Program-made: the position numbers and the translations under genes
Virus record (IMG/VR): IMGVR_UViG_3300011113_000784
Span: 1 to 64,000 of that record
Origin: a virus
DNA: 64,000 bases
Strand: one strand, 5' to 3'
Shown: positions 9,043 through 19,222 of the stretch, one piece after another
Layout of the letters: each line of letters starts with the position of its first letter
Numbering within the stretch: position 1 is the stretch's first letter
Notes under the pieces: generated by a model
The model's input: only the letters and a program-made list of their open reading frames with translations
Databases searched by the model: none
Told to the model about the DNA's origin: nothing

Positions 9043-9575
9043 TCATCATAAAAGAAATCATTGTCAAGTTTGAGTAGCGTTTCTAATGCTACTCCAGTCC
9101 ATTCTTTGTATTTAATTGAATATTCAAACTCATAACCAATTAAATCTTTGGTTAAAAGAAAAGCTAACCAAGGTTTACGATTTCTTTTCCAACACACCAT
9201 TGGCTTTCTACCACATCTTTTGCTATCATCAGTTACTTGTTCCATGAAACTGTCTAGTTCTGAATTTCCCTTAATGAATATGGAATTAATATCAATTCCG
9301 TCATAGCCACCTTTGCTCTCTAAAACAAATTTAAAACCTTTAGGGACAACTAAGTCGCCACTAAAAACTTGAGTGGCTTGTTCTGTCATCTTTTCAACTT
9401 GACCCCAACGATTGCCGCTGCCAATAGAACGGGTAAAAGGCATATTAAATCTATTAGACAATATCTTAGTCAACTCCAATTCAGTTCTATTTCCCTTTTT
9501 CTTTCCATTTACTTTTTTAGGTTTTCTTGGTTGTATATCTTCTATATCAAGACCTGAAAAATCATTAGTACTCAA
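9018..9575 (-). CDS. Holliday junction resolvase, PD-(D/E)XK family
   Basis: KKKGNRTELEL, SGD..ESK. Confidence 0.7.
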   Translation of the reverse strand: MSTNDFSGLDIEDIQPRKPKKVNGKKKGNRTELELTKILSNRFNMPFTRSIGSGNRWGQVEKMTEQATQVFSGDLVVPKGFKFVLESKGGYDGIDINSIFIKGNSELDSFMEQVTDDSKRCGRKPMVCWKRNRKPWLAFLLTKDLIGYEFEYSIKYKEWTGVALETLLKLDNDFFYDDHSKSDNI

Positions 9576-10356
9576 GAATCACCTCTTTATACATTTTAAT
9601 TGAGTGAAACTTTCTTGATATAGATTCATTATCATATGTGAATTCACACAACCTGTATGGATTCACTTTATAAAACATGCACTGATCTGTGATTGAATCA
9701 TAATTTTTATAATAAGATAAAGCATGTAAAAATATTTCCAGAGTAGAACAAAAGAAAATTTGACCAGTAACTTTTGTTAAATCAAAGAAAAATAACGGTC
9801 TGGCGTGATTTCTATACAAGTATAATTTTATATTGTTATCATCTAGTTCGCACATTGATATGGCAAATTGACTCTTTGGAATCAAACCAGTTAATTTACT
9901 AAATGACTTAATGGTTGTTTCAGGATTATTTTCAATAAATCTAAGAATTACTTCTGAATCACAAGTAGACTCTGTTGGAAACATTTCTATCAGGGATTCA
10001 TATTCTGCCCTATCGATTATTCCATTGTGTATTAATATTTTTTTATTATCTTTGCTAATAAAAGGATGGTTATTGAGATTGTTCTCTGGCTCTCCACAAT
10101 TGGCAGTAGCTTGCCTTGCATGAAGCAAACAAACTTTTAAATTAATATTTTTAAGGTTTTGGAAAAAATCAGTTTTAACAAAATCAGAAGATGGAATAGG
10201 TTCTTTTTTGAAATAAGTTTTATTGTTTTCATCAACGCCATACATGCCGGATGCGTGTACACCACGGTACTCAAGAAGCCTAAATATTCTTTTCGACAAA
10301 TTAAATGTGAATTTATTATTATTAGACTTGCCTATAAAACCAGCAATACCACAAAT
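9565..10356 (-). CDS. Class II glutamine amidotransferase (Ntn) protein, ATT start
   Basis: ATT-TGT-GGT-ATT-GCT-GGT (xCGIAG), RGVHASG, HARQAT, NNHPF, HNGII, CDSEV. Confidence 0.85.
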   Translation of the reverse strand: MCGIAGFIGKSNNNKFTFNLSKRIFRLLEYRGVHASGMYGVDENNKTYFKKEPIPSSDFVKTDFFQNLKNINLKVCLLHARQATANCGEPENNLNNHPFISKDNKKILIHNGIIDRAEYESLIEMFPTESTCDSEVILRFIENNPETTIKSFSKLTGLIPKSQFAISMCELDDNNIKLYLYRNHARPLFFFDLTKVTGQIFFCSTLEIFLHALSYYKNYDSITDQCMFYKVNPYRLCEFTYDNESISRKFHSIKMYKEVILEY

Positions 10357-10370
10357 AATGCACCTTCCTT

Positions 10371-11000
10371 TTATAACATTTTATAACGATTGTTTTGAAT
10401 TTTATTATTTGGTTTTTTTCTTTCTTCAATCAATTTGTTTTTTATTGATTTAGTAGATGACACATCTGATAAATTATAAGTAAATTCTCTTACATTAAGA
10501 AATGTATTAATGTCATTGAACATTTTTATCGGACTTGATATTAATTTATCATTTTCAACAATCATAAAGTTTTCGACTTTGTCTTTAAGTTTCATTGCAC
10601 TAGTGTAACATGCATCATATGATTTTGATTTTTCATCATAAGATGAATTTCTAAATTTTGGATTCACATATGAATTGTGTGCTGACCAACTCTTTATTAT
10701 GCTTTCTTTGCTTTTAAGGCAATAAACATAATAAGCTTTTGGCATATTTTCAATTAGCCAATCTGTGTGATTGTTTTCAACCCAAGGTCTTTTCAATATG
10801 ACTCTTTTTTCTTTTTGAGTTAAGGTAGCTATTTTTTCTGCATTGGCATTTAATAAAAAATCATTTTCTAAAATGAAACCCATTGATCCGTTATTGAATA
10901 AAATGAAATCAGGATGTTGTCTCAAAATATGCGCCACAATAGTGGTGCCAGAATGAGCCATTCCGCATATGATAATTAATTTATTGTTTCCTTCTATCAT
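10371..11000 (-). CDS. Sulfotransferase-family (P-loop) protein
   Basis: IICGMAHSGTT..LRQHP PAPS-binding loop. Confidence 0.7.
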   Translation of the reverse strand: MIEGNNKLIIICGMAHSGTTIVAHILRQHPDFILFNNGSMGFILENDFLLNANAEKIATLTQKEKRVILKRPWVENNHTDWLIENMPKAYYVYCLKSKESIIKSWSAHNSYVNPKFRNSSYDEKSKSYDACYTSAMKLKDKVENFMIVENDKLISSPIKMFNDINTFLNVREFTYNLSDVSSTKSIKNKLIEERKKPNNKIQNNRYKML

Positions 11001-11479
11001 TTTTGTGGATACTGACTTATTGGAGCAGCCTGAGACATGTCAAATCCACTTGCTTGAGGTGTCTCTGGAGCAAGATCTTGTGTTGCCACATCTTTTGGTT
11101 TTTCTGTCTCAGGTGGCTTTTCTGTTATCTGGAAAGCGTTGACAGGAACACCCATTTTAGTAATAACTTTTTGCAAAGTATCAATTGTGCTTTTTAAAAC
11201 TTCTTCAATATTATCATTCTCATCAATTGACTTGGCTAATGCCACAGCACACTTTTGCAATGATTTTAAAAACTTTCTATTTTCATTGCCCCAGTGTCCT
11301 TGAAGAATACCTCTGGCTTTGTTGACAATGATTTGTCCGTATCGAACCAAATTTCTTGTTCCAATCTTATTCACTTCATCAGCTAGTTCTTGTGATGAAT
11401 TAAGAATGTCACCAATTTCTTTGGCTAAATAAACTTTGTTTTCGTTCAAAACATATGTTCTAAAATTGAAATCTGTCAT
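10997..11479 (-). CDS. Hypothetical protein, possible internal head protein
   Basis: N-terminus MTDFNFRTYVLNE. Confidence 0.6.
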   Translation of the reverse strand: MTDFNFRTYVLNENKVYLAKEIGDILNSSQELADEVNKIGTRNLVRYGQIIVNKARGILQGHWGNENRKFLKSLQKCAVALAKSIDENDNIEEVLKSTIDTLQKVITKMGVPVNAFQITEKPPETEKPKDVATQDLAPETPQASGFDMSQAAPISQYPQK

Positions 11480-11518
11480 ATTTCTATTTATTAACAAAGT
11501 ATCAAATGTTGTTTTTTA

Positions 11519-12379
11519 TTAGATCATTTTTATTGGCAAATTTGCATAATGTTCTTCCAATCCCGGTATTATTTTCCTCATAAAATAATTATTCTTCAAA
11601 ATATCTTTAAAATATTTGGAATTATAAACAGCCGATGGTATTCCTTCTGGTGAAGCTGACATTAAATGTATGTTATTGAATCGTTTAGCTAAACCATCTT
11701 GTTGAAGAATTAGCAAGCCAGAAGTGCCATTGTTACGAACCGTAATGTTATAAAAGATGTCCATAAATCTTGCTTTATCTCTTCTTCTGAAATTTCTTAA
11801 CATGGTTTCTTCTTGAATGCTGCACCTTTGATCACAATGTGGATAAACATTTTTAATATAATTTATTTTATCGTATTTACCATTCATTATGTCATTGTAT
11901 TCATCATCAATAAATTGTGTATATTTTTCAGTCGCATCTTTGGTTGAATCAAAATAAATTATGCCACCATTGACACCTAATCCATCAGCATTCAAAATAC
12001 CAACTTTGTCCCAATTAAAATTTGAAAATTTATTAAGTAGAAATACATCTGCATCTAAATATATTCCTTTATCTTTGTTTTGTTTGGCATGAAGATAACA
12101 ATTAATATGTCTTGAAAACATTTTCCAATTCATATTTGGTTGATTGCATTTTTCATAAATTGGTTTTTGTGAAACAATTTCAAAGTTTAATTGTTTAGAA
12201 GATTCATAAACCAAAGCGGGAGCATCATCATTTTCATATGTGATGACAACTATTCTATTGTTTGGATAAAAATGACGCAACACTATGATGGAAGTTAAAA
12301 AGCAACCCCAAAATTTATGAAAACCTTTAGACGGAGAATTTGTGTAAATTGCATAATAAAACACTATTTCTTCTTGCAT
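11519..12379 (-). CDS. GT-A fold glycosyltransferase-like protein
   Basis: IYLDADVF (DxD), VNGGIIYF. Confidence 0.65.
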   Translation of the reverse strand: MQEEIVFYYAIYTNSPSKGFHKFWGCFLTSIIVLRHFYPNNRIVVITYENDDAPALVYESSKQLNFEIVSQKPIYEKCNQPNMNWKMFSRHINCYLHAKQNKDKGIYLDADVFLLNKFSNFNWDKVGILNADGLGVNGGIIYFDSTKDATEKYTQFIDDEYNDIMNGKYDKINYIKNVYPHCDQRCSIQEETMLRNFRRRDKARFMDIFYNITVRNNGTSGLLILQQDGLAKRFNNIHLMSASPEGIPSAVYNSKYFKDILKNNYFMRKIIPGLEEHYANLPIKMI

Positions 12380-12428
12380 GGATTAATTTAGTATTTTTAT
12401 ACTATTTTGATTTAGTAGCAGGGTCATC

Positions 12429-12608
12429 GTGTCATCTGGGGACACATTTCTGAGTCATTGCTAGATTGCGGCTGCTTTTTCTGGCGACTCCAACATGATC
12501 GTGTCAACTGGGGACACATTTCTGAGTCATTGCTAGACTAATCTGTCCAGACTCACGACCAACATACGACTGTGTCAGCTGGGGACACAATTCTGAGTCA
12601 TTGCTAGA
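12429..12608 (-). CRISPR. CRISPR mini-array: 3 x 37-nt repeats, 2 spacers, type V-I (Cas12i)-like; no cas genes adjacent
   Basis: Repeats at 12429-12465, 12501-12537, 12572-12608 = TCTAGCAATGACTCAGAA(A/T)TGTGTCCCCAG(A/T/C)TGACAC on minus; unique spacers of 35 and 34 nt; 3' GTGTC/GACAC stem. Confidence 0.92.
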
Positions 12609-12636
12609 AGACCGATAAGGACATACAAAGTCAAAA

Positions 12637-15087
12637 TTATCCACATTTGCTCCATCCACAAGATTTACACAAAACACAACCATCATTACGCTCAACCTGA
12701 TTGCCTTGACATGAAGGACATTCTTCACCATGCACCTTCGTTCCATCCTTGATGTACTTCTTCAAGGTTCGTGCCAACACCTTACTAAGACTAACAAGGT
12801 CACCCTTAGTTTTTTCTAGTTGGTGAACAACAAAACTAATGTCAGCGCCATGTCGTAAAGATGTGCTGACCATGCGACACAAGGCATCGCCATTTTCATG
12901 ATTATGAATGTTAGAAAGATTAAATTCTTCTTCCGCAACTCTGAAAACATATTTGCCACGATTAAGCTTTTTAAGAGTTCCCTTGTGTTCTTTTGACTTA
13001 ATTAACGGTTCGCCATTTTCTAAATTCAAGCCAGCAAATACTTCGTATGGATCGCCGCCAAGCAAGCCAACAACAACATAATATGGCTCACCCTTGACTA
13101 CAGAGAAATGAACCTCTGCATTAATGTCAGCAGGACGCTTGGGCGAGTCGTTCTTGATAATCTTAGCATCCTTCTTTTCTTCCTTCTTGGGCTTTTCAAC
13201 CAACACACCAGTACGACAGTTCTTGCGATATACGGTCATACCTTTGCAACCATACTTCCACGCTGCTTCATAAATCTTAGCGACTTGCTCTTCAGTAACA
13301 TCTTCTGGAAGGTTTACAGTCTTGGAAATAGCATGGTCAATATACTTTTGAGCTTCTGCTTGCAGTTCTACAGCAGCAACCCAGTCGATATCTTCTGCAC
13401 AACAACCAAACCAAGGTGATTTTTTGAGATCTTTTTCACCTGTAACATCCATCCACATTTTGACTTTGGGATGGTAGACTTCAAATTCCTGCCAATGATC
13501 ACCATTTTGATCAACGAAGTCTGTACGGGCATTCTTATCAGTTGGATTAATCTTTTTTCTGCGAGTGTACGGAAAAAGCATGAAAAGTGGTTCAACACCT
13601 GATGTAGTCTGAGTCATGATAGACACAGAGCCAGTAGGAGCAATGGTAAGATTGGCAATATTGCGTCTTCCATGCTTCATGATATCGTCATACAACTGAG
13701 GATCAATTTCTTTGAGCATCAAAAGGAATTCAGAATCTTTTTCCTTTTCCCTATCCCAAACAGGGAATGCACCAAGAACCTTTGCCATCTCAACACTAGA
13801 GCGGAATGAGCCAAGACACAAAGCTTTGCAAATCTTACCTGTCAACTTAACGCTTTCTTTGCTGCCATAAGCTAAACCAAGAGCAGCAATAGTATCACCA
13901 AGAGCAGTCAAACCAGTACCAGTTCTTCTGCCATTTTCGCATTTCTTGTGTACTTTTTCCCACAATTCCAATTCGTTTGCCTTAATAGTTTTAGATTCTG
14001 GATCTGATTTTATTTTCTTGATAATGGCTTCAACTTTTTCAAGCTCAAGATCAATCATGTCGTCCATTAGACGCTGACAAATCTTGGCATGTTGTTCAAA
14101 CAACGGAAAATCAAAGTGTGCATTCTTCTTGAAAGGATTGACAACATATGAAAATAGATTCAAAACCATTAAGCGGCAGGAGTCATAGCTGCATAATGGC
14201 AATTCGCTGCAAGGATTTGTTGATATGGTTTTATATCCTTCATCAGCATAACAATCAACAGCGTTGTACTTGGTAATACGATCCCAGAAAAGGAGTCCGG
14301 GTTCAGCACGAAGCCATGCATTATGAATAATCTTCTTCCACAATTCTCTTGCATCAACATAGACATCGTTATCGCTTGGTGGGGCATCGACAGGAAAACG
14401 CAAACGGAATTGCTCACCCTTTTCAACGGCTTGTAAAAATTCATCACTCAACAAAACAGATACATTTGCTCCAGTAACTTTTGTATCATCGTTCTTGATG
14501 GTGATAAACTTTTCAATATCTTTGTGAGCAACATGGATAGAAAGCATGAGTGCGCCACGACGACCAGCCTGACCAACTTCACGAATGGTGTTGCTATAGC
14601 GTTCCATCCAAGATGGAATGCCTGTGCTAGTACGAGCAGCGTTCTTTACGGATGCTCCAGATGGACGAAGGGTGGAAATATCAACGCCAATGCCACCTCG
14701 TCTCTTTGAAATTTGAGCAAGCTCTTCATCGGCTTTGAGAATACCACCATAGCTATCGGCTGGACTTTCAACGACATAGCAATTAGACAAAGAGATAACT
14801 TGATGGTTATTACCGATGCCAAACATCGGACTTCCTTGGGGCACAATATATTTAAACTTATGCAATAATGCATAAATTTGATCTTCAGTTAAAGGATCTC
14901 TATGATTAATTTTTTCAATTCTTGCAAATTCCCTTGCAATTCTACGATGCATTTGATCAGGAGTTTCTTCAAGAAGATTGCCATTGTTATCTTTTAAGGC
15001 ATACTTATCAAGAAAAACTTTGGCAGCAAGCTCATCTCCTTCAAAATAAGAAACACACTTTTCAAAAGCATCGCTGTACTGGTACAT
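12637..15087 (-). CDS. nrdJ: Class II (B12-dependent) ribonucleotide reductase
   Basis: SLSNCYV, TNPCSELPL, IAPTGSVS, KGMTVYR, C-terminal TSCPD-like domain and CPSC..CKSCGWSKC; no beta subunit nearby. Confidence 0.93.
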   Translation of the reverse strand: MYQYSDAFEKCVSYFEGDELAAKVFLDKYALKDNNGNLLEETPDQMHRRIAREFARIEKINHRDPLTEDQIYALLHKFKYIVPQGSPMFGIGNNHQVISLSNCYVVESPADSYGGILKADEELAQISKRRGGIGVDISTLRPSGASVKNAARTSTGIPSWMERYSNTIREVGQAGRRGALMLSIHVAHKDIEKFITIKNDDTKVTGANVSVLLSDEFLQAVEKGEQFRLRFPVDAPPSDNDVYVDARELWKKIIHNAWLRAEPGLLFWDRITKYNAVDCYADEGYKTISTNPCSELPLCSYDSCRLMVLNLFSYVVNPFKKNAHFDFPLFEQHAKICQRLMDDMIDLELEKVEAIIKKIKSDPESKTIKANELELWEKVHKKCENGRRTGTGLTALGDTIAALGLAYGSKESVKLTGKICKALCLGSFRSSVEMAKVLGAFPVWDREKEKDSEFLLMLKEIDPQLYDDIMKHGRRNIANLTIAPTGSVSIMTQTTSGVEPLFMLFPYTRRKKINPTDKNARTDFVDQNGDHWQEFEVYHPKVKMWMDVTGEKDLKKSPWFGCCAEDIDWVAAVELQAEAQKYIDHAISKTVNLPEDVTEEQVAKIYEAAWKYGCKGMTVYRKNCRTGVLVEKPKKEEKKDAKIIKNDSPKRPADINAEVHFSVVKGEPYYVVVGLLGGDPYEVFAGLNLENGEPLIKSKEHKGTLKKLNRGKYVFRVAEEEFNLSNIHNHENGDALCRMVSTSLRHGADISFVVHQLEKTKGDLVSLSKVLARTLKKYIKDGTKVHGEECPSCQGNQVERNDGCVLCKSCGWSKCG

Positions 15088-15129
15088 AAAAACCCCATAA
15101 ATTTAAAAAGCCTGATAAGATTTATAATA

Positions 15130-15200
15130 ATAATGGTGAATTACAAAGCAAGAAAAAATAGATGTTTTTCTTGCTTATTCTAAAAGTTTACCATTATAAA
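15130..15200. promoter_or_regulatory. Long imperfect hairpin between sbcC-like gene and nrdJ
   Basis: Inner AAGCAAGAAAAA/TTTTTCTTGCTT, outer ATAATGGT/ACCATTAT. Confidence 0.55.
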
Positions 15201-15210
15201 TTTGAAAATT

Positions 15211-17214
15211 TTACCCATTATGTATGCACGAAATCCCATTTTCCATCTTTAATTTTAAACGACTTGAATTAGATAAAAGTTGTAATAATTCTTGGTCATG
15301 CGTAGTAACAAAAACTTGCTTATTTTTAGCTATATTTTTGATAAGTTCGTAAATTGCATTGTTTCCTTGTGAGTCCATATTAATGGAAATTTCATCCAAG
15401 AAAACAATGTTTGGAGTTGATCCACTGTTCAATTCTCGCACATGGGCAAACGCTTGCGATACGGCTAAATTAATTCTTCTTTTTTGTCCATTAGAAAGCA
15501 AATCGTAGATTATTGGACTGGAATCGGTTATCTTCTGAATCTCTTCGTTAAACTCATTGTCGAATTTAAGAGTTAAATTACCATCAACCAATATTGAAAG
15601 CATGCTCTTTATAGAATTGTTAAGCAAAGGCAATATTTGATCTATTACGAATTTGCGTACTCCCTTATCACCAAAAGCATCAACCCAGAAGTTAAGATAA
15701 GGCAATTTGGCGACAAGGGTATCAAGTTTGACTTGACTTGTCTTTTTGTTTTCTTTTGCTTCACCAATCTTAGTTTGAGCAGTTTCAATGATCTCGCAAA
15801 ATGGTGATTTGCCAATAATTGAGTTTTCTTTCTCCATGATGGTTACTGCGTTAACCGACATCTTGGTTTCTAGTTTGTCGATCAAATTCAATGTTTCAGG
15901 TTTTTGAATTTTATTTAGATTTTTATTTTCTTCCTGAAGAGTATGAATTTTATTTTTGTTATCAGTCAAAGATGTGACAATTTTATTTTTCAATTCTATA
16001 ATTTTTGCCAAATCTACTTTGACATTGGCAATTTTATCAAATAATTCTTTTTGTCTTTTTTCTTTTTCAATTTTGTTGTTTTCTAATTCCTGTTGTTTAC
16101 TCTTACATTCACCTTCGATGTGAAAATAACTATTTTTGTCTATTGTGGAGAGGCAATGATCACACGCAACGCCATCCTCAAGCTTAAAAATTTTATCAAT
16201 TTTTTTCTTATTTTCATTTATTTTGCTATCTATTGATAGTATTTCATTCTTAATTTCATTAAGATTTCCAGCGTGTTCCAGTAATACATTTTTGCCTTCT
16301 TCTATTTTACCATCAATTTGATCTTTATTTAAATCAAGTTTGGCAACTTTATTGTTTAGATCTTCTATTTGAGAGTTGTTTTTTTCTATTTTTGCCTGTG
16401 CGTTATTATACTTTTCAACTTGGGGGTCAAAAGCTTTCAAGTCTTCAATTTGTTTTTTCAATATGTTTTGTTCATTTTGTAAATTTGCAATTTCCTGCTC
16501 TATTCCTTTTTTCCAAGCATTTTTCTTTTCTACAATTTGGTTAAATTGTAATGTCAAGCTATCAATAGTAGATTGGTTGTGATTATTATCTTTTTCTGTC
16601 AAAGATATTTCAGTCTTTGTTTCTTTTAATATTTCCTTTGTCTTATCATTATAGATTCTATACTTCTCTAAACCCAATAGGTTCTCTACAATAATTCTTC
16701 TTTCAGAAGCATTGGCTTCCAAATAACTATCTGTATTTGAATCCGTGAATACGCAAATAGACTTGAATGTCTCATAATTAAAGCCAAGAATTGACTCAAT
16801 CATATCTTGAGTCTGTTTGATTTCTCCTCTTGTTAATTCAGTCGTTTCATCAAACACGCCTTCTTTTGAACGCCAAAGTTTTAATCCATCGGGTTTTCTA
16901 GAACGCAATATCTTAACATCATCAAAATATATTTCAATTGACATCTTTTTGTTTGTTTTGTTATTAATGACATCCTTTACACCAATTTTTTTAGGATTTT
17001 TAAGTGTTTTGCCAAAAAGACCATAAAGAATAGCATCCATAATGCTACTCTTTCCGCTACCATTGCTTGAATTTAGATCTCCATCTTTAACATCTAAATT
17101 TTTGCCTGTTACAACAACAATTGAATCGTAATTGAGAAAATCAATCTCAATTCCTTGCTCTCCAAAGCACAAAAAATTTTGTGCTTTTATTTTCTTGAAT
17201 TCAATCTTACGCAT
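15211..17214 (-). CDS. SbcC/Rad50-like recombination ATPase (T4 gp46-like)
   Basis: NGSGKSS, coiled coils, CDHC zinc hook, LSNGQ signature, FLDE, TTH. Confidence 0.93.
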   Translation of the reverse strand: MRKIEFKKIKAQNFLCFGEQGIEIDFLNYDSIVVVTGKNLDVKDGDLNSSNGSGKSSIMDAILYGLFGKTLKNPKKIGVKDVINNKTNKKMSIEIYFDDVKILRSRKPDGLKLWRSKEGVFDETTELTRGEIKQTQDMIESILGFNYETFKSICVFTDSNTDSYLEANASERRIIVENLLGLEKYRIYNDKTKEILKETKTEISLTEKDNNHNQSTIDSLTLQFNQIVEKKNAWKKGIEQEIANLQNEQNILKKQIEDLKAFDPQVEKYNNAQAKIEKNNSQIEDLNNKVAKLDLNKDQIDGKIEEGKNVLLEHAGNLNEIKNEILSIDSKINENKKKIDKIFKLEDGVACDHCLSTIDKNSYFHIEGECKSKQQELENNKIEKEKRQKELFDKIANVKVDLAKIIELKNKIVTSLTDNKNKIHTLQEENKNLNKIQKPETLNLIDKLETKMSVNAVTIMEKENSIIGKSPFCEIIETAQTKIGEAKENKKTSQVKLDTLVAKLPYLNFWVDAFGDKGVRKFVIDQILPLLNNSIKSMLSILVDGNLTLKFDNEFNEEIQKITDSSPIIYDLLSNGQKRRINLAVSQAFAHVRELNSGSTPNIVFLDEISINMDSQGNNAIYELIKNIAKNKQVFVTTHDQELLQLLSNSSRLKLKMENGISCIHNG

Positions 17215-17218
17215 TGAA

Positions 17219-18298
17219 TCATTCCTGTGATTTGTTAATGATGTCTAAACCACACTCAACAAGCAAATTCTTGTCTAAATCTGTTATAGACATTTCTACA
17301 AACTTTCTAACCATAATGTCAGATTGGCTCAGAATATCTTTTGCTATCTCCATTTGTGCCAATTCATTTTCTTGATTCTTTTCTGAAACATTTTTCTTAA
17401 TTTTTATTGTTCTGACACCTTTTTCTTCTAATAATTTTATGTTTTTTGAAATTCCATCTTTTTCTTCTTCGTCAACAAGAATTGAGACAAAAGATTTCTT
17501 TAAAATTTCTGGGTCAAGGCTCATCAAATTATCAATCGTGCCCTCAAAATGTTGAGGACTAAAAGTATTTGTTACATAGTTTGTGATATAATCATCTTCC
17601 ATCACTTCCAAAATAATAATATTTTTTGTGTCTTCAAGCTCTCCAAATGATAATTGTAATGGACTTCCAATGTATTCTGCATTGCTTGATATCATTTGTG
17701 CGTTATGGTAGTGCCCAAGAAACACATGTTTATAATTTTTGAATATGTTTGAACTAACTTTTGTCATTTCACCATCATGTTCAATTTCAACATCTGCTGT
17801 TGATCCTTTAGAATTCAGTTTCGCCCCATCAACAGCTAAATGACCAAGTAGAAAAGAATTCTGCGGATTGTGTTTTTCTAAATTATTTATATCATCAATT
17901 GGGTCGTGTGTGAATGGAACGAAGTGCCAGCTAACATTATCGATAATAATTTGTTCTGGTTTATCAATAATGTGAACATTTGGAAAAGCAGCCAAAGCAC
18001 TTGCTGAACTAATAGATGTCTTTTCAAAATACCAGAGATCATGGTTACCTAGAAGAACATAAAAATTGACAGAGCCATCAAGATATTTTTTTAAGATAGC
18101 AAATGTTTCATGCAATACAAGTGATTCAATTTTACTGCGGTCATGAAAAAAGTCACCACCAAATAATATGTTCTTGATGTTGTTCTTTTTGGCTGTTTCA
18201 AAAACCCATACTAGACAATCTAAACAATCACGCAATCGCTCCTCACTTTTCTTATGAGAATGCAGATGTATATCTGTGAACAATAGAAATTTAGGCAT
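17219..18298 (-). CDS. SbcD/Mre11-like nuclease (T4 gp47-like)
   Basis: TDIH, GGDFFH, GNHD, LGHYH, YIGSPLQLSFGE. Confidence 0.93.
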   Translation of the reverse strand: MPKFLLFTDIHLHSHKKSEERLRDCLDCLVWVFETAKKNNIKNILFGGDFFHDRSKIESLVLHETFAILKKYLDGSVNFYVLLGNHDLWYFEKTSISSASALAAFPNVHIIDKPEQIIIDNVSWHFVPFTHDPIDDINNLEKHNPQNSFLLGHLAVDGAKLNSKGSTADVEIEHDGEMTKVSSNIFKNYKHVFLGHYHNAQMISSNAEYIGSPLQLSFGELEDTKNIIILEVMEDDYITNYVTNTFSPQHFEGTIDNLMSLDPEILKKSFVSILVDEEEKDGISKNIKLLEEKGVRTIKIKKNVSEKNQENELAQMEIAKDILSQSDIMVRKFVEMSITDLDKNLLVECGLDIINKSQE

Positions 18299-18334
18299 GT
18301 GGTTCCCGATTAGTGTCGGGGGATTATACCGAAA

Positions 18335-18703
18335 TTACAAATAAGCTTCAAGCGGATCTTCTGGCTTAACCTTATCGCTAAAATATTTTTCTAATAAATC
18401 CCAAGCATTCAACTTTTTGATATCAGTAATTGGAGTTTGAGCAGCACCAGTAGCGGTTGCTCCTATTCCACCACCAAGACCACTAAGATCGCCACCGGGA
18501 GCGGATAGAGGAGGAGTTGCGCCTCCCAGTGATCCGCCCAAACCACCCAAGTCTGCTGGAGGTGTAGTGCCAGCGCCTGCGCCTGCTGGTGGAGTTGCTC
18601 CTAAACCAGCAGCATCACCACCAGCAGGCGGTGCGCCACCAGCAGCAGGAGCATCCTGTTCAGTTAAAAAATATTTTTCTTTAAATTGATGAATTGTGAT
18701 CAT
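18335..18703 (-). CDS. Gly/Ala/Pro-rich protein, possible internal head protein
   Basis: Start MITIHQFKEKYFLTE at 18703; low-complexity core. Confidence 0.6.
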   Translation of the reverse strand: MITIHQFKEKYFLTEQDAPAAGGAPPAGGDAAGLGATPPAGAGAGTTPPADLGGLGGSLGGATPPLSAPGGDLSGLGGGIGATATGAAQTPITDIKKLNAWDLLEKYFSDKVKPEDPLEAYL

Positions 18704-18718
18704 ACAAAATATATATGT

Positions 18719-19222
18719 ATGATGAAAACATTTTGGGAATATTTGCACAACGAACAAATAAGTGAACCTCAAGTGTCTGAGCGTCCAACTTCTGAAGTTC
18801 CTGCTACGGAAACACCTGTGGCAGCAACAAGAAATATTGCCACGCCAGCAGTTGGACAACCTGTTGCTCAACCCGCTGCACTTCCTCAGCCAGCAACCCA
18901 AAGTTTTAAACCTAGAATTAAACCTTGGAAAGCTAAAAAAAGCGAAATATTATCTTTTTGGAAAGCATTGGCACCAGATATTCCATTGCAATTACAGCCA
19001 ATTGATTCAGCTCACAAAGGTAGTACTTTACAACAAGACACAATTAGAGTTACTGGTACAAAAGAATTTATTACAACTATTTTGTCAAGATTAAAAGATT
19101 TTGTTGTTTATGAAAATCCTGATACAAAGTTAGTATTAGATTATAGACAAAATCAAAAAAGTTTAAAACCCGGAGAAAAAAATAGCTATTTATTTTATCT
19201 TAATGTCAGAAAGAGGAAGTAA
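18719..19222 (+). CDS. Hypothetical protein with capsid-targeting-like N-terminus
   Basis: MMKTFWEYLHNE, Pro/Thr-rich linker. Confidence 0.7.
   Translation: MMKTFWEYLHNEQISEPQVSERPTSEVPATETPVAATRNIATPAVGQPVAQPAALPQPATQSFKPRIKPWKAKKSEILSFWKALAPDIPLQLQPIDSAHKGSTLQQDTIRVTGTKEFITTILSRLKDFVVYENPDTKLVLDYRQNQKSLKPGEKNSYLFYLNVRKRK

Noticed and set aside
12466-12571. Shared ATGTTGG word in both spacers as a common target motif
   Set aside because: Only 7 nt in two sequences; compatible with chance
12504-12746. 80-aa ORF over the nrdJ end and the array
   Set aside because: Shadow frame running through CRISPR repeats
15088-15210. Cobalamin riboswitch upstream of nrdJ
   Set aside because: Short, AT-rich, no B12-box; only a simple hairpin
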